Shown here piece by piece: positions 9,209 through 18,978 of a stretch of 64,000 nucleotides of DNA. The notes beneath the pieces were generated by a model. That model had not been told where the DNA came from and did not search any database. It saw only the letters and a program-made list of their open reading frames with translations. The stretch comes from a virus. Lineage: Duplodnaviria > Caudoviricetes. A program made the position numbers and the translations under genes. Position 1 is the first letter of the stretch. Every line of letters starts with the position of its first letter. The stretch lies in the IMG/VR virus record IMGVR_UViG_3300032038_000028, positions 48,853 through 112,852 of that record. One strand, 5' to 3'.

Positions 9209-9934
9209 TTACTTCTGTTGCTTATCCAGATAAGCGCTGACGGCGGCGTAGATGTTCTGCGCGTCCTCAAGCGACTTGATCTTCAGGTAGTTGCTGGACG
9301 GTTTTCCGTCGATCTTCAGGTTCTTCTTGATCAGGGCGGTGATCTCAGCCTTGTTTTCCTCGGTCAGGTTGGCGCGGATCAGGGTGTCCAGCTGGCCGAC
9401 CAGCAGGGTGACGGCTGCGGCTTCCTCTGCATCCGCTGCTTCGCTCTTCTTGCGTTTCCATTCGTCGGGATCATCTTCCGGCGTGGCGATGCCGAAAAAC
9501 TTCATCATGAAGTAGCGGTTGGAGTAGGTGAAGGAAGAGCCGACGGCCTGAGAGTCGTCCGCCTGCGATCCGACGAGCGGCCAGGGGACGACGATCGCAT
9601 CGTCCGGGTTGTCAGTGTTGACGACCCTGAAGTTCAGCCAGCCGCGCACGCAGTATTCCGACTGCGGATCGTCGATGTAGGACTGGGTCGCCTTGTCGAA
9701 CTTCTTCTTGATGAAGTCCCGGCGCTCGATGCTGAAGGACGACATGTCCGGGATGGGGTAAATGAAGAGGTTGTACTTGTCCAGACCGGCTTTGACCTTG
9801 GCCAGAACCTCGTCTTCTGATACGTAGCGGTAGCCGTAGCCGGACTTGTTCTTGGCGATGACGTCCGCAATGGAGCGGACCTTCGCCAGCTTCTGCCACA
9901 GATTCATGGTGGCGGTGTCGATGCTTTCTGCCAT
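9209..9934 (-). CDS. erf: ERF-family single-strand annealing protein
   Basis: NLWQKL...KNKSGYGYRY; QAVGSSFTYSNRYFMMKFFGIATPEDDPD matches the ERF GSxxTYxxRY motif. Confidence 0.9.
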   Translation of the reverse strand: MAESIDTATMNLWQKLAKVRSIADVIAKNKSGYGYRYVSEDEVLAKVKAGLDKYNLFIYPIPDMSSFSIERRDFIKKKFDKATQSYIDDPQSEYCVRGWLNFRVVNTDNPDDAIVVPWPLVGSQADDSQAVGSSFTYSNRYFMMKFFGIATPEDDPDEWKRKKSEAADAEEAAAVTLLVGQLDTLIRANLTEENKAEITALIKKNLKIDGKPSSNYLKIKSLEDAQNIYAAVSAYLDKQQK

Positions 9935-9978
9935 ACAAACTCCTTTGCAGTTTCAATAAAAAAGGTCAGCCGGCCGGG

Positions 9979-10004
9979 ATGACTCAGGTCAACTGACGCA
10001 TAAT
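9979..10004 (-). promoter_or_regulatory. ATTATGCGTCAGTTGACCTGAGTCAT element upstream of the replication operon
   Basis: 24 of 25 nt match the repeat at 51690-51714, in the same orientation relative to transcription. Confidence 0.7.
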
Positions 10005-10020
10005 AAGGGAGTATCCTATA

Positions 10021-11163
10021 TCAGGATGCAAAAGACTCGTCTCCGGCGACCAGACGATCGCGGATCTGTTCGAGGCGGTCGATCAGGTTGTTGACCATCA
10101 GGTACGCCGTTCCGGCGCGGTCTCCGCACAGAGGGCGCGGATCATTGGCGACCTCAGAGAAGGCACTCATACAGGCGGAGATCAGAGAGCTGACCAGTTC
10201 GATGTCCGCCCCTGCCTGAGCTTCGTCTGCATCCTTCATGTACTGGTCGCGTTCCTCAGTGAGCCGGGCAATCTCGGCGGAATCCCCGCCCTGTTCGTCG
10301 AGCAGTTTTTCCATGGCGTCCATACGCTTCTCGTGATCCGCTTCAGCTTTTTTCAGCTGACGCTTCGCTTCCTGAAGCGCCTCGTAAGTGTTGCGTTCCT
10401 TGGTTTGCAGATCTTGAATCTTCTGACGCAGTTCCAGTTCCCCGTCGCCATTCTGGTACTCGGCAAGTCTTGCCTGAAGCTCTTCGACCTTCTGTGCCTG
10501 CGGGATATACTTCTCCGTCAGTTCCTTTGCCCGTTTCCGGATCTCCTCCTGTGTATACTTTTGCATGGAGTCCAACTGCATCACAAGCTCCACCTGTTGC
10601 TCCGGCGGGAGTTTTGCGATCACATCGTAGGCGACACGCGGTGGAATTACACCGCATTCCACCATGTCCTGCACAGGCTCCGGCATCACAGACAACGCTT
10701 TCGCACAGTTGGCAACCTTTTTATCGATGCCAAGATGTTCCTGAATATCCTTGCGGCTGACGGTGCCCGCACCGGGCTTTCCGCCAGAGGAACGTTTATC
10801 CGCGCCGTAGATCCGCTCATACTCTTTCATGATCCGTCCGAGCTTGACGGAAGGAAAGTTGATTATCCCGCGCTGGCGGAGATTGGATTCCATCAGGGCC
10901 AGCAGGATATCGTCTTCCGGGCATTCGCCTTTCGGCTGGTAAACGTAGCAGCGGACGGTGGGAATGTTCAGTGCCAGACAGGCGCGCCAGCGCTGATGAC
11001 CGGAGATGATAGTGCCATCTTCGGTAATCATCAGTGGATGCAGGATGCCTTCCCGCTGGACGGAGGTCAGGAACTCTTCCCACTTCTCTCCCTCGATATC
11101 GTCGAACAGGTACTCATTCATCGGATGCGGCTTCAGGTCAGCGACTTTCTTTTCAATCAGCAT
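10021..11163 (-). CDS. parB: ParB/Srx N-terminal domain protein with HTH and coiled coil
   Basis: LKPHPMN, GILHPL, ISGHQRWRA (GxxR), ESNLRQR. Confidence 0.85.
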   Translation of the reverse strand: MLIEKKVADLKPHPMNEYLFDDIEGEKWEEFLTSVQREGILHPLMITEDGTIISGHQRWRACLALNIPTVRCYVYQPKGECPEDDILLALMESNLRQRGIINFPSVKLGRIMKEYERIYGADKRSSGGKPGAGTVSRKDIQEHLGIDKKVANCAKALSVMPEPVQDMVECGVIPPRVAYDVIAKLPPEQQVELVMQLDSMQKYTQEEIRKRAKELTEKYIPQAQKVEELQARLAEYQNGDGELELRQKIQDLQTKERNTYEALQEAKRQLKKAEADHEKRMDAMEKLLDEQGGDSAEIARLTEERDQYMKDADEAQAGADIELVSSLISACMSAFSEVANDPRPLCGDRAGTAYLMVNNLIDRLEQIRDRLVAGDESFAS

Positions 11164-11660
11164 TTGCTTTGTTCTCCTTCACAGTTTCTGGGAACCGGTT
11201 CCGCGGACAGTATAACGCCGTTCCGGCAAATCCGTGCTGCAAGATTTTGACGATTTTCAAAAAATTTTTTGTCGACTATTTATGCTGATGGATCAGGCTG
11301 ATTTGCCGATCCTCAGAATACAGATGCACGATTTGTACAGTTTGGTATTTTCTGTACATGCAAATTCATAATTCGTTCATATCTAACAAAGTGACTGTGA
11401 TTCCAGCAAGAATGACACCGAAGAAGGTGCCGGCTCCGAAAGCGAAGAATGCGATCATCCACGGATTCATGGTCATCACTCCCCAGTCACTGGTTACAGA
11501 TACGGATTCATCTGCGTATAGGTTTTGGCACCGGGCAACTCTTTCTTCTTCCGGCGGCGGATGACATCACGGAGCCAGAAGAGGGCGGCGGCGAATCCAA
11601 GGGCGAAGGCGGCGATTCCGATCAGGACAATCCAGTACCAGCTCATAGGCTTTTCTCCTT

Positions 11661-12071
11661 TCAGGCGCCGAACATGATGTCGCCATTCGGCAGGTGGACG
11701 GTGACACACTGCGAAGTTTTACCCGCGCACTTCGGCTTTTCGGGGACCGGGACTCCCTTTCCGCGGTAGTAGGTATTCCGGTCATCCATGTAGGCGACGT
11801 GCGTGACGCCGATGACGGGCTCCAGTCGGGAGACGTTGGCCAGCTGCAGGACGAAGTCGAGCACTTCCTGTGTGGGGATGATGGCGATGATGGAATCCAC
11901 CACGCCGGGCATCTCCCCGTTCTTCGTCTTGCACATGACGTGGTCGCCTTTTTTGACACCGTCTACAGGAACGCGGAACAGGTAACGGGTTCCGTTCTGG
12001 AGAACCTGTGCCAGTCCGATGGGGAACTTGAGGTCGGTATACTGCGTTGCGGTTTCAGTGTTCTGCTTCAT
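11661..12071 (-). CDS. hypothetical protein
   Basis: ORF with AAAGGAG SD. Confidence 0.6.
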   Translation of the reverse strand: MKQNTETATQYTDLKFPIGLAQVLQNGTRYLFRVPVDGVKKGDHVMCKTKNGEMPGVVDSIIAIIPTQEVLDFVLQLANVSRLEPVIGVTHVAYMDDRNTYYRGKGVPVPEKPKCAGKTSQCVTVHLPNGDIMFGA

Positions 12072-12084
12072 AGCGTTTCTCCTT

Positions 12085-12270
12085 TCATTCCTCTGCGGTC
12101 AGCAGGTAGGACACGTCGCCCTGTACCCACACGTAACCGTTCTGCTCGACGGTGGCGGCCATGACGATGGCTGTCATGTTCTCTGTCACGGTAAAGGTTG
12201 CGACGTTGTCGCGGTTGATCCAGATGGGTCGGCCTTCCAGGTCGACGCACTGCACAAAAGGGTTTTTCAT
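12085..12270 (-). CDS. small hypothetical protein
   Basis: AAAGGAA SD; PIWINRDNV motif. Confidence 0.55.
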   Translation of the reverse strand: MKNPFVQCVDLEGRPIWINRDNVATFTVTENMTAIVMAATVEQNGYVWVQGDVSYLLTAEE

Positions 12271-12419
12271 ATGGTTCCTTTCTCCGGCTCAGCGGATTCC
12301 GACAGGATGACTGATGTCATATATATGCACACGGGCCGGCTGACTGCGAATCAACAGGCCCGTGAAACAGAGGAGGGCGGTGAACACGATCACCGCAAAG
12401 GCTGATATCAGCGTACGTT

Positions 12420-12638
12420 TCATGCGTATGGATCCTTTCCGTATTTCTCAATGTATTCCGGCTCAAACGGATCGGCCTGACTGGTACAGCAGGAGCAGCC
12501 GATGACGTCTCCGCCGCTGTCCAGTACGAAATACTCCGGGTCTTCTTCATTACAATAGGGGCAGTATACGTGATCCCCTTCCGGCGGGCCGAACAGCTCG
12601 GCTTCCCGGATCCACGGGGCGTCCGGCAGTTGCTTCAT
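12420..12638 (-). CDS. zinc-ribbon protein
   Basis: CPYC...GCSCC. Confidence 0.65.
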   Translation of the reverse strand: MKQLPDAPWIREAELFGPPEGDHVYCPYCNEEDPEYFVLDSGGDVIGCSCCTSQADPFEPEYIEKYGKDPYA

Positions 12639-12644
12639 ACTTCA

Positions 12645-13049
12645 TCACTTCCCGATAATTCTTCCGCGTTCTTCCCCGCGGCACATGTACAGGCGTTTTG
12701 AATTCTTCTCGGTGATCTTCCGCATCTGCCCGACGACTTCTCCAAAGCGCTTGACTGCGTCCGGGTTGGCATTGGCCCATGCAACCAGTGGCTGCAGCAG
12801 CTCGTACTGATCCTTGGCGACCCGGCGCTTCCGCCGTACCTTGCCGAGGCGCTGGGCCAGCTTGGCCCGTTCCGCGTAGGGCGGGGTCAGCAGCTCCAGC
12901 TCGTGCAGGATATCCTGCTGGGTGCCTTCGTGTTCCAGAATCTCGTCTGAAAGAGACGCCGCTTCCCTGTCCGCTGTACGGATCAGATCCCACGCGGCTT
13001 CAACGTCTTTGATGGTGATCAATCTGAGTCTCTCCTTTCTGAAAGGCAT
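12645..13049 (-). CDS. coiled-coil hypothetical protein
   Basis: QQDILHELEL...RRKRRVAKD; start probably slightly downstream of the ORF-track start. Confidence 0.65.
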   Translation of the reverse strand: MPFRKERLRLITIKDVEAAWDLIRTADREAASLSDEILEHEGTQQDILHELELLTPPYAERAKLAQRLGKVRRKRRVAKDQYELLQPLVAWANANPDAVKRFGEVVGQMRKITEKNSKRLYMCRGEERGRIIGK

Positions 13050-13076
13050 AAAAAAAGAGTGCCCGATGTCGGGCAG
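13050..13076 (-). terminator. intrinsic terminator
   Basis: TGCCCGA-CA-TCGGGCA hairpin followed by CTC and a T7 run on the minus strand. Confidence 0.65.
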
Positions 13077-13100
13077 TTGGGGGTCTGTGATTTATTTAAT

Positions 13101-13319
13101 TCACTCTTCGCAAATTGCTTCCAATCCATAGTCAACCTCTATGCTATTTATTTTTTGTTTATTATTTACCGCGAAGTGTGACACACCACCACACCGTTTG
13201 CAAAAATACGTTACACAACTGAGCGCACCAGATATAGTCGCTCCTCTTTCCATTTGACCGTTACACCAGAAACATTGAATCTCTAATGGTATAAATGTGT
13301 TTCTGCTGTTCATATTCAA
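13101..13319 (-). CDS. AT-rich zinc-finger small protein
   Basis: CFWC..CKRC; AGGAG SD; much lower GC than the flanks. Confidence 0.65.
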   Translation of the reverse strand: MNMNSRNTFIPLEIQCFWCNGQMERGATISGALSCVTYFCKRCGGVSHFAVNNKQKINSIEVDYGLEAICEE

Positions 13320-13495
13320 AACTCCTATTTATTTAACCATGTTGTTTCCTGTTGTACTCTTCAATTGTGAAATCCAGCTCACGGTTGAAGTCTTGCAGCA
13401 GGCATTCATCGCATGAATGACAACAATCAATGCAATAATAATCGATCAACTTGCTGACGTCTGATGTGGTCATTTTCTGTGGATCAACAGGCATC

Positions 13496-14107
13496 TTACG
13501 CGCTCACCTCTGACAGGTAGTCCTTCCTGATCATCGTCAGCTCGGCGATGAAGGCGTCCAGCGATCCTGCGTCGAAGATGGCGACCTCCGACGATCCATT
13601 GGTAACCGTCAGGGTGCCGGTCTTTCCGTCCGTTTCCACTTCGTACTGGCACTCCAGACCCTTCAGCTTCACCGTACGTCTGCTGCTTACGACAGTGCAG
13701 ACTGGAGTGCGGGCTGTGACAACAGGGGCTGCAGTCACAGGTGCCGCCGGGACTTCCACAGGAGCCTGCGCTTCCGGCTGAAGTTTCTTTTTCCGGTTGG
13801 GCCCGAGATCAGCAATGTACTTTTTAACGGTCTTCCAGCTCAGGCCGACATGTTCCGCAATGGTGTTGATCGACTTGCCGTCCAGGTACATCTCCCGCAT
13901 GGAATCAACGAGCTTGGTGGTCACGACACAACGCTTGCCCTTCCTCGGCTGGACGGGCTGGCGAATGTCCGGGCCGATATAGCGGAGGATGGTGGCAGGA
14001 TGAACGTCCAGTCTCTCGGCGATCTGCCGGTTGGTGAGATGATCCTCGTTCCGCATGTGCAGAAGCTCGGCAACAGAAACAGATTTTGTCAGCGGTTCCT
14101 TTACCAT
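13496..14107 (-). CDS. double-HTH DNA-binding protein
   Basis: LTNRQIAERLDVHPATILRY and KSINTIAEHVGLSWKTVKKY; GAAGGAG SD. Confidence 0.8.
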   Translation of the reverse strand: MVKEPLTKSVSVAELLHMRNEDHLTNRQIAERLDVHPATILRYIGPDIRQPVQPRKGKRCVVTTKLVDSMREMYLDGKSINTIAEHVGLSWKTVKKYIADLGPNRKKKLQPEAQAPVEVPAAPVTAAPVVTARTPVCTVVSSRRTVKLKGLECQYEVETDGKTGTLTVTNGSSEVAIFDAGSLDAFIAELTMIRKDYLSEVSA

Positions 14108-14126
14108 ATGCGATTCTCCTTCCAAT

Positions 14127-14151
14127 AAAAAAGCACCCGGCGACCGGATGC
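14127..14151 (-). terminator. promoter-proximal intrinsic terminator
   Basis: GCATCCGG-TCG-CCGGGTGC followed by TTTTTT. Confidence 0.7.
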
Positions 14152-14165
14152 TGTTTTGTGGTTCC

Positions 14166-14194
14166 ATTATACAGTTTTGTGTGGGTGGTGTCAA
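14166..14194 (-). promoter_or_regulatory. consensus sigmaA promoter
   Basis: TTGACA-17 nt-TATAAT on the minus strand. Confidence 0.85.
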
Positions 14195-14200
14195 ATGAAG

Positions 14201-14234
14201 AGGGCTAACCGGGACGTACGTCCCGGTTAGCCCT
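14201..14234. repeat. perfect 34-bp palindrome
   Basis: AGGGCTAACCGGGACGT|ACGTCCCGGTTAGCCCT; its core recurs at 35630-35649. Confidence 0.95.
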
Positions 14235-14326
14235 AATAATGTCTCTTACCGGGGTAGTTGCCCCGATTACATTGTAACTCTGCAACGATCTTTGCCAGCT
14301 CCGCGGCCTCCGTTTCCGTCAAACCG

Positions 14327-14599
14327 CTATTCTATGGCCGACCCCAGGCTGTCGAGCGCTTCGCCTATACTCACGAGCACGTCGTCCAGCGTGAGCCCCG
14401 CATCGTCCAAATTCACCACAGCCTCCTCGCCCTTCTCATACCGCTCCGACCCCTGCAGATTCTCCGGAATACAGTCCAGCGCCTCCTGTTCCTCGTCCTG
14501 TATATCCCCGACGACGCTCCGCAGTTCTTCCAGCCTTGATCTCACATCACAGATCTCATCGAACACGGTGCTGATTCTCTCTCTGCGTTCCTTATTCAT
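14327..14599 (-). CDS. helical-hairpin hypothetical protein
   Basis: MNKERRERI...DEEQEALDCIPENLQGSERYE. Confidence 0.7.
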   Translation of the reverse strand: MNKERRERISTVFDEICDVRSRLEELRSVVGDIQDEEQEALDCIPENLQGSERYEKGEEAVVNLDDAGLTLDDVLVSIGEALDSLGSAIE

Positions 14600-15905
14600 C
14601 CTGCTCCGCCTCCCATTTCTTCTGCTCGTCCACAAACTCGTTCCACCATTCCGCGAAATCCTCTGCGGTCAGATCTTCCGGGACATCATACCCGGCGGCA
14701 CGGAAACGCACCAGATCGCTGGCGGCGGTTTTTACGTCCAGCTCCAGATCATATCCTACACGGCTGTTCAGCCAGTAATTTTTTACCCATTCATACGGCG
14801 TCATCTGCTGCTCCTCCTCTCCACAATGTAGCCGCGCAGGGTGCGCTTGGGATCGTCCTGCCAGTCCCGGTCGGCCGGATACCAGACAGGGAGGATGACA
14901 GAATCAGCGTAGCAGGAGAAAGCGGAATCATGCCTTTCCCGGTACCGTTCATCCCGGCACAGCTGCTCGGCTTCCTTCCGGGTGATCTGCTCGCAACCTG
15001 CCTGCTTTGCCCGCTCTTCCTGCTCGGGCGTCTCAGTGTATCCCAAAGAGTACTGGTTGGCGAAGTCTCCGCGCCTGATCCAGTAATGTTTCTTCATACG
15101 CATTCTCCTTACCGTCCGAGGATGACGTCAGAGATCACGGCGTGATCCGCAACGGCTTCCTGATAGAGGAAATATGAGTCATCCCAGGTGTACGTGTCCA
15201 GAAATTCTTCCAGAGGTGTTCCGTCCAGCCACCGGGCAACCCATTCCTTCGAGACCTCAAACACCCGGAGCTCGTTGTCATAGTCCTCATTTTCGCTTCC
15301 GTCATTCAGTAGCAGCGGCGGGTAGGTTTCCAATGCGATCTTCTCCATAGCTATCTCCTTTCAGAATTTCCGGGCCAGCAGATTCATCAGTTCCGATGCG
15401 GCGGTCAGCACGCTGTCTCCGGTGACGTTGATGGTGTACAGGAGGTCGCCCGTTTCCCGTTCCCAGATCCAGAAGTACTCGTCGCCCGGGACGAGATGAT
15501 GGTACTGGCGCTCCCACTCCGTGGTAGTGGATTCGAGCCAGGGGTCTGTTGCCCGGCGGTAGATGATGTTCCAGCTATACTCCTTGGGTGCGTCGATCAC
15601 TTGCAAGACCGGTCGCATCTGTGTCACTATCATCTGCATCTGTCCGTCTCTGGTCATGATGGTTTACTCTCCTTTCTCGATCAGGTTCCAGTTGATCAGC
15701 GTCGCTTCGAGGCCGTCCGCGATCTCGCTGTAGTCCGTGCCGTAGATGTTGGCGGCATCAGGATCCTCGTTTTTCTCCGGGTTCCGGATGGCGATCCCCC
15801 TGGCGTCCAGAAAATCCTCGAAGACGTCGACCAGCTGGCCGATCAGTTCCATACGCTCACTGTTGTTCAGCTTCATCATAGCTCTCCTTCCTTTGGCCAG
15901 TTTTG

Positions 15906-16301
15906 TTACCATACTTCTTCATACTCTTCGTCGGCGTCGTCCTCCCACTGTTCCGGCGGCAGAAGTTCCTGCCCGAACAGGTTGTACCAGCGGCCGCACT
16001 TTTCGCAGGGGCAGGCACCCATGTATCTGTCGTACAATTCCACCCTGTTTCCGCATGAGCAGGTGCCGCTGGCCGGCTCCCGGTAGCTGTGCTTGCGGCG
16101 GACGACTTCGCCGGCCATGACAAACTCGCCAGCGTGGTTCCGGCACCATTCGAGATTCTTCAGGGCCGCCGGGTTCATGTCCGGCAACGGGTTCCCGCAT
16201 TCATCGCAGGGGAAGACGAATCCGCTTCCGTCCTCACGTTCGTAGGCAATTTCAAACCAGTACTCTGTCTTCCACTCGCCTCGGTCATAATTCTTCAGCA
16301 T
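15906..16301 (-). CDS. Zn-binding hypothetical protein
   Basis: GFVFPCD..G; CSCG; CEKCGRWYNLFGQEL. Confidence 0.7.
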   Translation of the reverse strand: MLKNYDRGEWKTEYWFEIAYEREDGSGFVFPCDECGNPLPDMNPAALKNLEWCRNHAGEFVMAGEVVRRKHSYREPASGTCSCGNRVELYDRYMGACPCEKCGRWYNLFGQELLPPEQWEDDADEEYEEVW

Positions 16302-16315
16302 GGCGCGCTCCTCTC

Positions 16316-16618
16316 TCAGTCCCAGAAGAAGGTGTTGTCCCGTACGAACCACCAGCCGGTGGTCTCGTCGGTGAGTCCGCTTCCCGCATCGTCTTCCGGG
16401 TCGAAGTAACCGTATTCGATGGCATCGTAGGAGGGGCAGGGGCCGCAGCAGTCAAAGCCGATCAGCTCGGCCAGCTCGATCGCCTGCGCTTCTGTCCGGC
16501 ACAGGATGTAATCATAGCCAGAATACCATTTATCTGTCCCTTTGGCGGGATAGTCCGGCAGAGAACGGGCAATACCCACAAAGCTCTGATGAGCGGCATC
16601 GTGTTCCAGTAATCTCAT
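16316..16618 (-). CDS. hypothetical protein, paralog of 17361-17657
   Basis: Shared WY.G.D.ILCRTE and DPE.D...D..TGWW.V motifs. Confidence 0.7.
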   Translation of the reverse strand: MRLLEHDAAHQSFVGIARSLPDYPAKGTDKWYSGYDYILCRTEAQAIELAELIGFDCCGPCPSYDAIEYGYFDPEDDAGSGLTDETTGWWFVRDNTFFWD

Positions 16619-16796
16619 ATGATTATTCTACCTCCTCGATCTCGACGACCTTGCCGTCTTCGTTGAACGTGATGTTATATGCTTTGCCGGTATTAAATCC
16701 ACATCCGACAATCGTGTTGGAGTAGTTCAAATCGTCGACATAGTAGCTGATGCTGTCTCCGTTGTAATCGATGGATGCCATTCCAGTCATGATGGA

Positions 16797-17327
16797 TTAC
16801 TCTCCTTCCGGGCAATACTTCTGAATCCGCTCGTTAATTATGCGCATCGTGTCTTCTGATTCTCCGTACATCACCCATAGTGTGGTTGAGATGCACTCCC
16901 GGAAAGATTCCCTCAGGACGTTGTCACAAAAGTCGATCAGCTCTCCGGCTTTTTGCATAATCTCTTCCAATGTGGTGTCCTCTGGTAGCGTTTCGCTTTC
17001 CGTGATCTCTTCGACGAAGTCTCCCATATACAGGTAGTCACGGATCTGATTGATCATTTCATCCGTCAGGCGTTCGCACTCTTCGAATGTCAGGAAATCA
17101 TAGGACAGATCCCACTCCTCCAGTGCGCTGTCCATGCAATTGTGTACGGCAACTGTGACTCCGTCCATGCTGCGCTGGATCTGCATACTGTACTCCGTTT
17201 TGCGCCAGCCGTGCCACCCGGTATCAAACGGCTGTCCGCTGGCCAGCGCCGCCCGCAGCTGCTCTTCCACTCCGTCGTACCAGTCGTCGAGACCCCATCT
17301 GCCCCAGTCGTCAAAATCAAATGCCAT
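16797..17327 (-). CDS. acidic hypothetical protein
   Basis: GAAGGAG SD; D/E-rich. Confidence 0.7.
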   Translation of the reverse strand: MAFDFDDWGRWGLDDWYDGVEEQLRAALASGQPFDTGWHGWRKTEYSMQIQRSMDGVTVAVHNCMDSALEEWDLSYDFLTFEECERLTDEMINQIRDYLYMGDFVEEITESETLPEDTTLEEIMQKAGELIDFCDNVLRESFRECISTTLWVMYGESEDTMRIINERIQKYCPEGE

Positions 17328-17360
17328 TGTAATATCTCCTTCCTTTATATGCCATGGATT

Positions 17361-17657
17361 TCAGGTTGTCACGTACCACCATCCGGTGTACTCATCAACG
17401 CAGTCATTCTCCCGGTCTCCTTCGGGATCATAGCACCCGGTCAGCGTTGTATACCCATGCTCATCCAGCCAGTCCGCTACAGCATCGGCGACGTCTTCCG
17501 TCCGGCACAGGATGTCGTCTCCGTCATACCACATGTCGCTTGTTGTTACAGGCTTCTTCGGCAGGGTATTCCCCAGCAGCGCAAATAGATTCTGTTCCGC
17601 CAGAATATCATCCGCCCAGCCGAAGACTTCACGTCTTACCTGGTCTCTCGATTTCAT
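17361..17657 (-). CDS. hypothetical protein, paralog of 16316-16618
   Basis: Shared motifs as above. Confidence 0.7.
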   Translation of the reverse strand: MKSRDQVRREVFGWADDILAEQNLFALLGNTLPKKPVTTSDMWYDGDDILCRTEDVADAVADWLDEHGYTTLTGCYDPEGDRENDCVDEYTGWWYVTT

Positions 17658-17671
17658 ATTCATATCTCCTC

Positions 17672-18322
17672 TCACATGATTACGGTTCCAACGGGCTCGG
17701 TGGTGGTGTCTATGTTCCAACCTCTGTCGCTCTGATTGACGCCCATCCAATCGATCTCCTCATCCGCAATGAAAGGCTCTCCACCCGTGCTGGTATCCAG
17801 TAACTTGCTGCCAAACTCCTCCGGCGTCATTTCACACAGCACTTTCCGGCCGAGCTTTGCAATCGCATCCATCGTGGCGTCTTTCGGCACGGACAGGTAC
17901 ATCCGATAGGTGCGAACCAGGCCGAAGTCAATGCAGGCAACGGCGTGCTCTTCCGGTTCCTTTTTCTCTTCGGTGAAGTGCCAGACGGTTTCCGGCAGGG
18001 AGCCGTCTTTGATCTGGACATAGACGCAGACTTCACTGCACATCAGCCTGCACTCAGACACCCAATTCCACACGACGTCCCGGAGCCGGCTCGGGGTCTC
18101 TCTAAAGTCTTCTTCCGTTTCCGAGAACGCCGCTGTGCTTCCGCCGCCGTAGTAGTCTGCGATCCAGCACATGCCGTTGTCAAACATGGCGTCAGGCAGA
18201 CGGCGGATGCCGTAGGAATACTCGCCGTCTTTGGTCGCCGCCAGTCCGATTTCAGATCCGACATCCATCTTGCGCATCCGGTCAACCAGTTCCATCACGG
18301 TAATCATTTCTGTTTTGTACAT
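17672..18322 (-). CDS. hypothetical protein, tandem paralog
   Basis: Colinear with 18337-18978 (YGIRRLPD..DNG.CWIAD.YGGG; ACI.F; PVGTV). Confidence 0.8.
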   Translation of the reverse strand: MYKTEMITVMELVDRMRKMDVGSEIGLAATKDGEYSYGIRRLPDAMFDNGMCWIADYYGGGSTAAFSETEEDFRETPSRLRDVVWNWVSECRLMCSEVCVYVQIKDGSLPETVWHFTEEKKEPEEHAVACIDFGLVRTYRMYLSVPKDATMDAIAKLGRKVLCEMTPEEFGSKLLDTSTGGEPFIADEEIDWMGVNQSDRGWNIDTTTEPVGTVIM

Positions 18323-18336
18323 ATTCATATCTCCCT

Positions 18337-18978
18337 TCACTTTACTACTGTTCCCACGGGCAGTTCCGTTTCGCAGTCTTCAAAGCCTACGAAATCCTGA
18401 TCCACTTCCATCCAGTTAATGTCTTCCATGTCGATAAAGGGATCCCGCCCTTCGCTGTCGTCGGTCACCTTCTGTTCGAATTCGCCGGTCACCATCTGGC
18501 ACAGAGCCTTCTTGGCGGCGTCCTGAATCTCTTCGTCCGTCGCTTCCGGCGGGACGGAGATGTACATATTGAAGGGACGGTTCATCTCGAAGTTGATGCA
18601 GGCCAAGCGATTCTTCTTCGGTTCCACAACCGTCCTCTGAAAATCGTATCGGATTTCCTGCTCGGTTCCGTCTTTGATTGCCACCTGTACGGTTTCACCA
18701 TCATCGCCCATCAGATGTACCATGAACAACCAGGTGAACAACTGGGATTTCAGAGAAACCCCATGCGCTCCGTCCGTGAACACCCTCGCTGCTCCGCCGC
18801 CGTACACATCGGCGATCCAGCAACTGCCATTATCCAGCATGTTGTCCGGCAGGCGGCGGATTCCATACCACTGCTCTTCATCATTCTGCTTTCTTACCAG
18901 ATCGATCGCGGTTCCGATTTCCATTTTGCGCATCCGCTGCTCCAGTTCTTTCGCGGTAATCTTTTCGGTTTTGATCAT
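18337..18978 (-). CDS. hypothetical protein, tandem paralog
   Basis: Colinear with 17672-18322. Confidence 0.8.
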   Translation of the reverse strand: MIKTEKITAKELEQRMRKMEIGTAIDLVRKQNDEEQWYGIRRLPDNMLDNGSCWIADVYGGGAARVFTDGAHGVSLKSQLFTWLFMVHLMGDDGETVQVAIKDGTEQEIRYDFQRTVVEPKKNRLACINFEMNRPFNMYISVPPEATDEEIQDAAKKALCQMVTGEFEQKVTDDSEGRDPFIDMEDINWMEVDQDFVGFEDCETELPVGTVVK

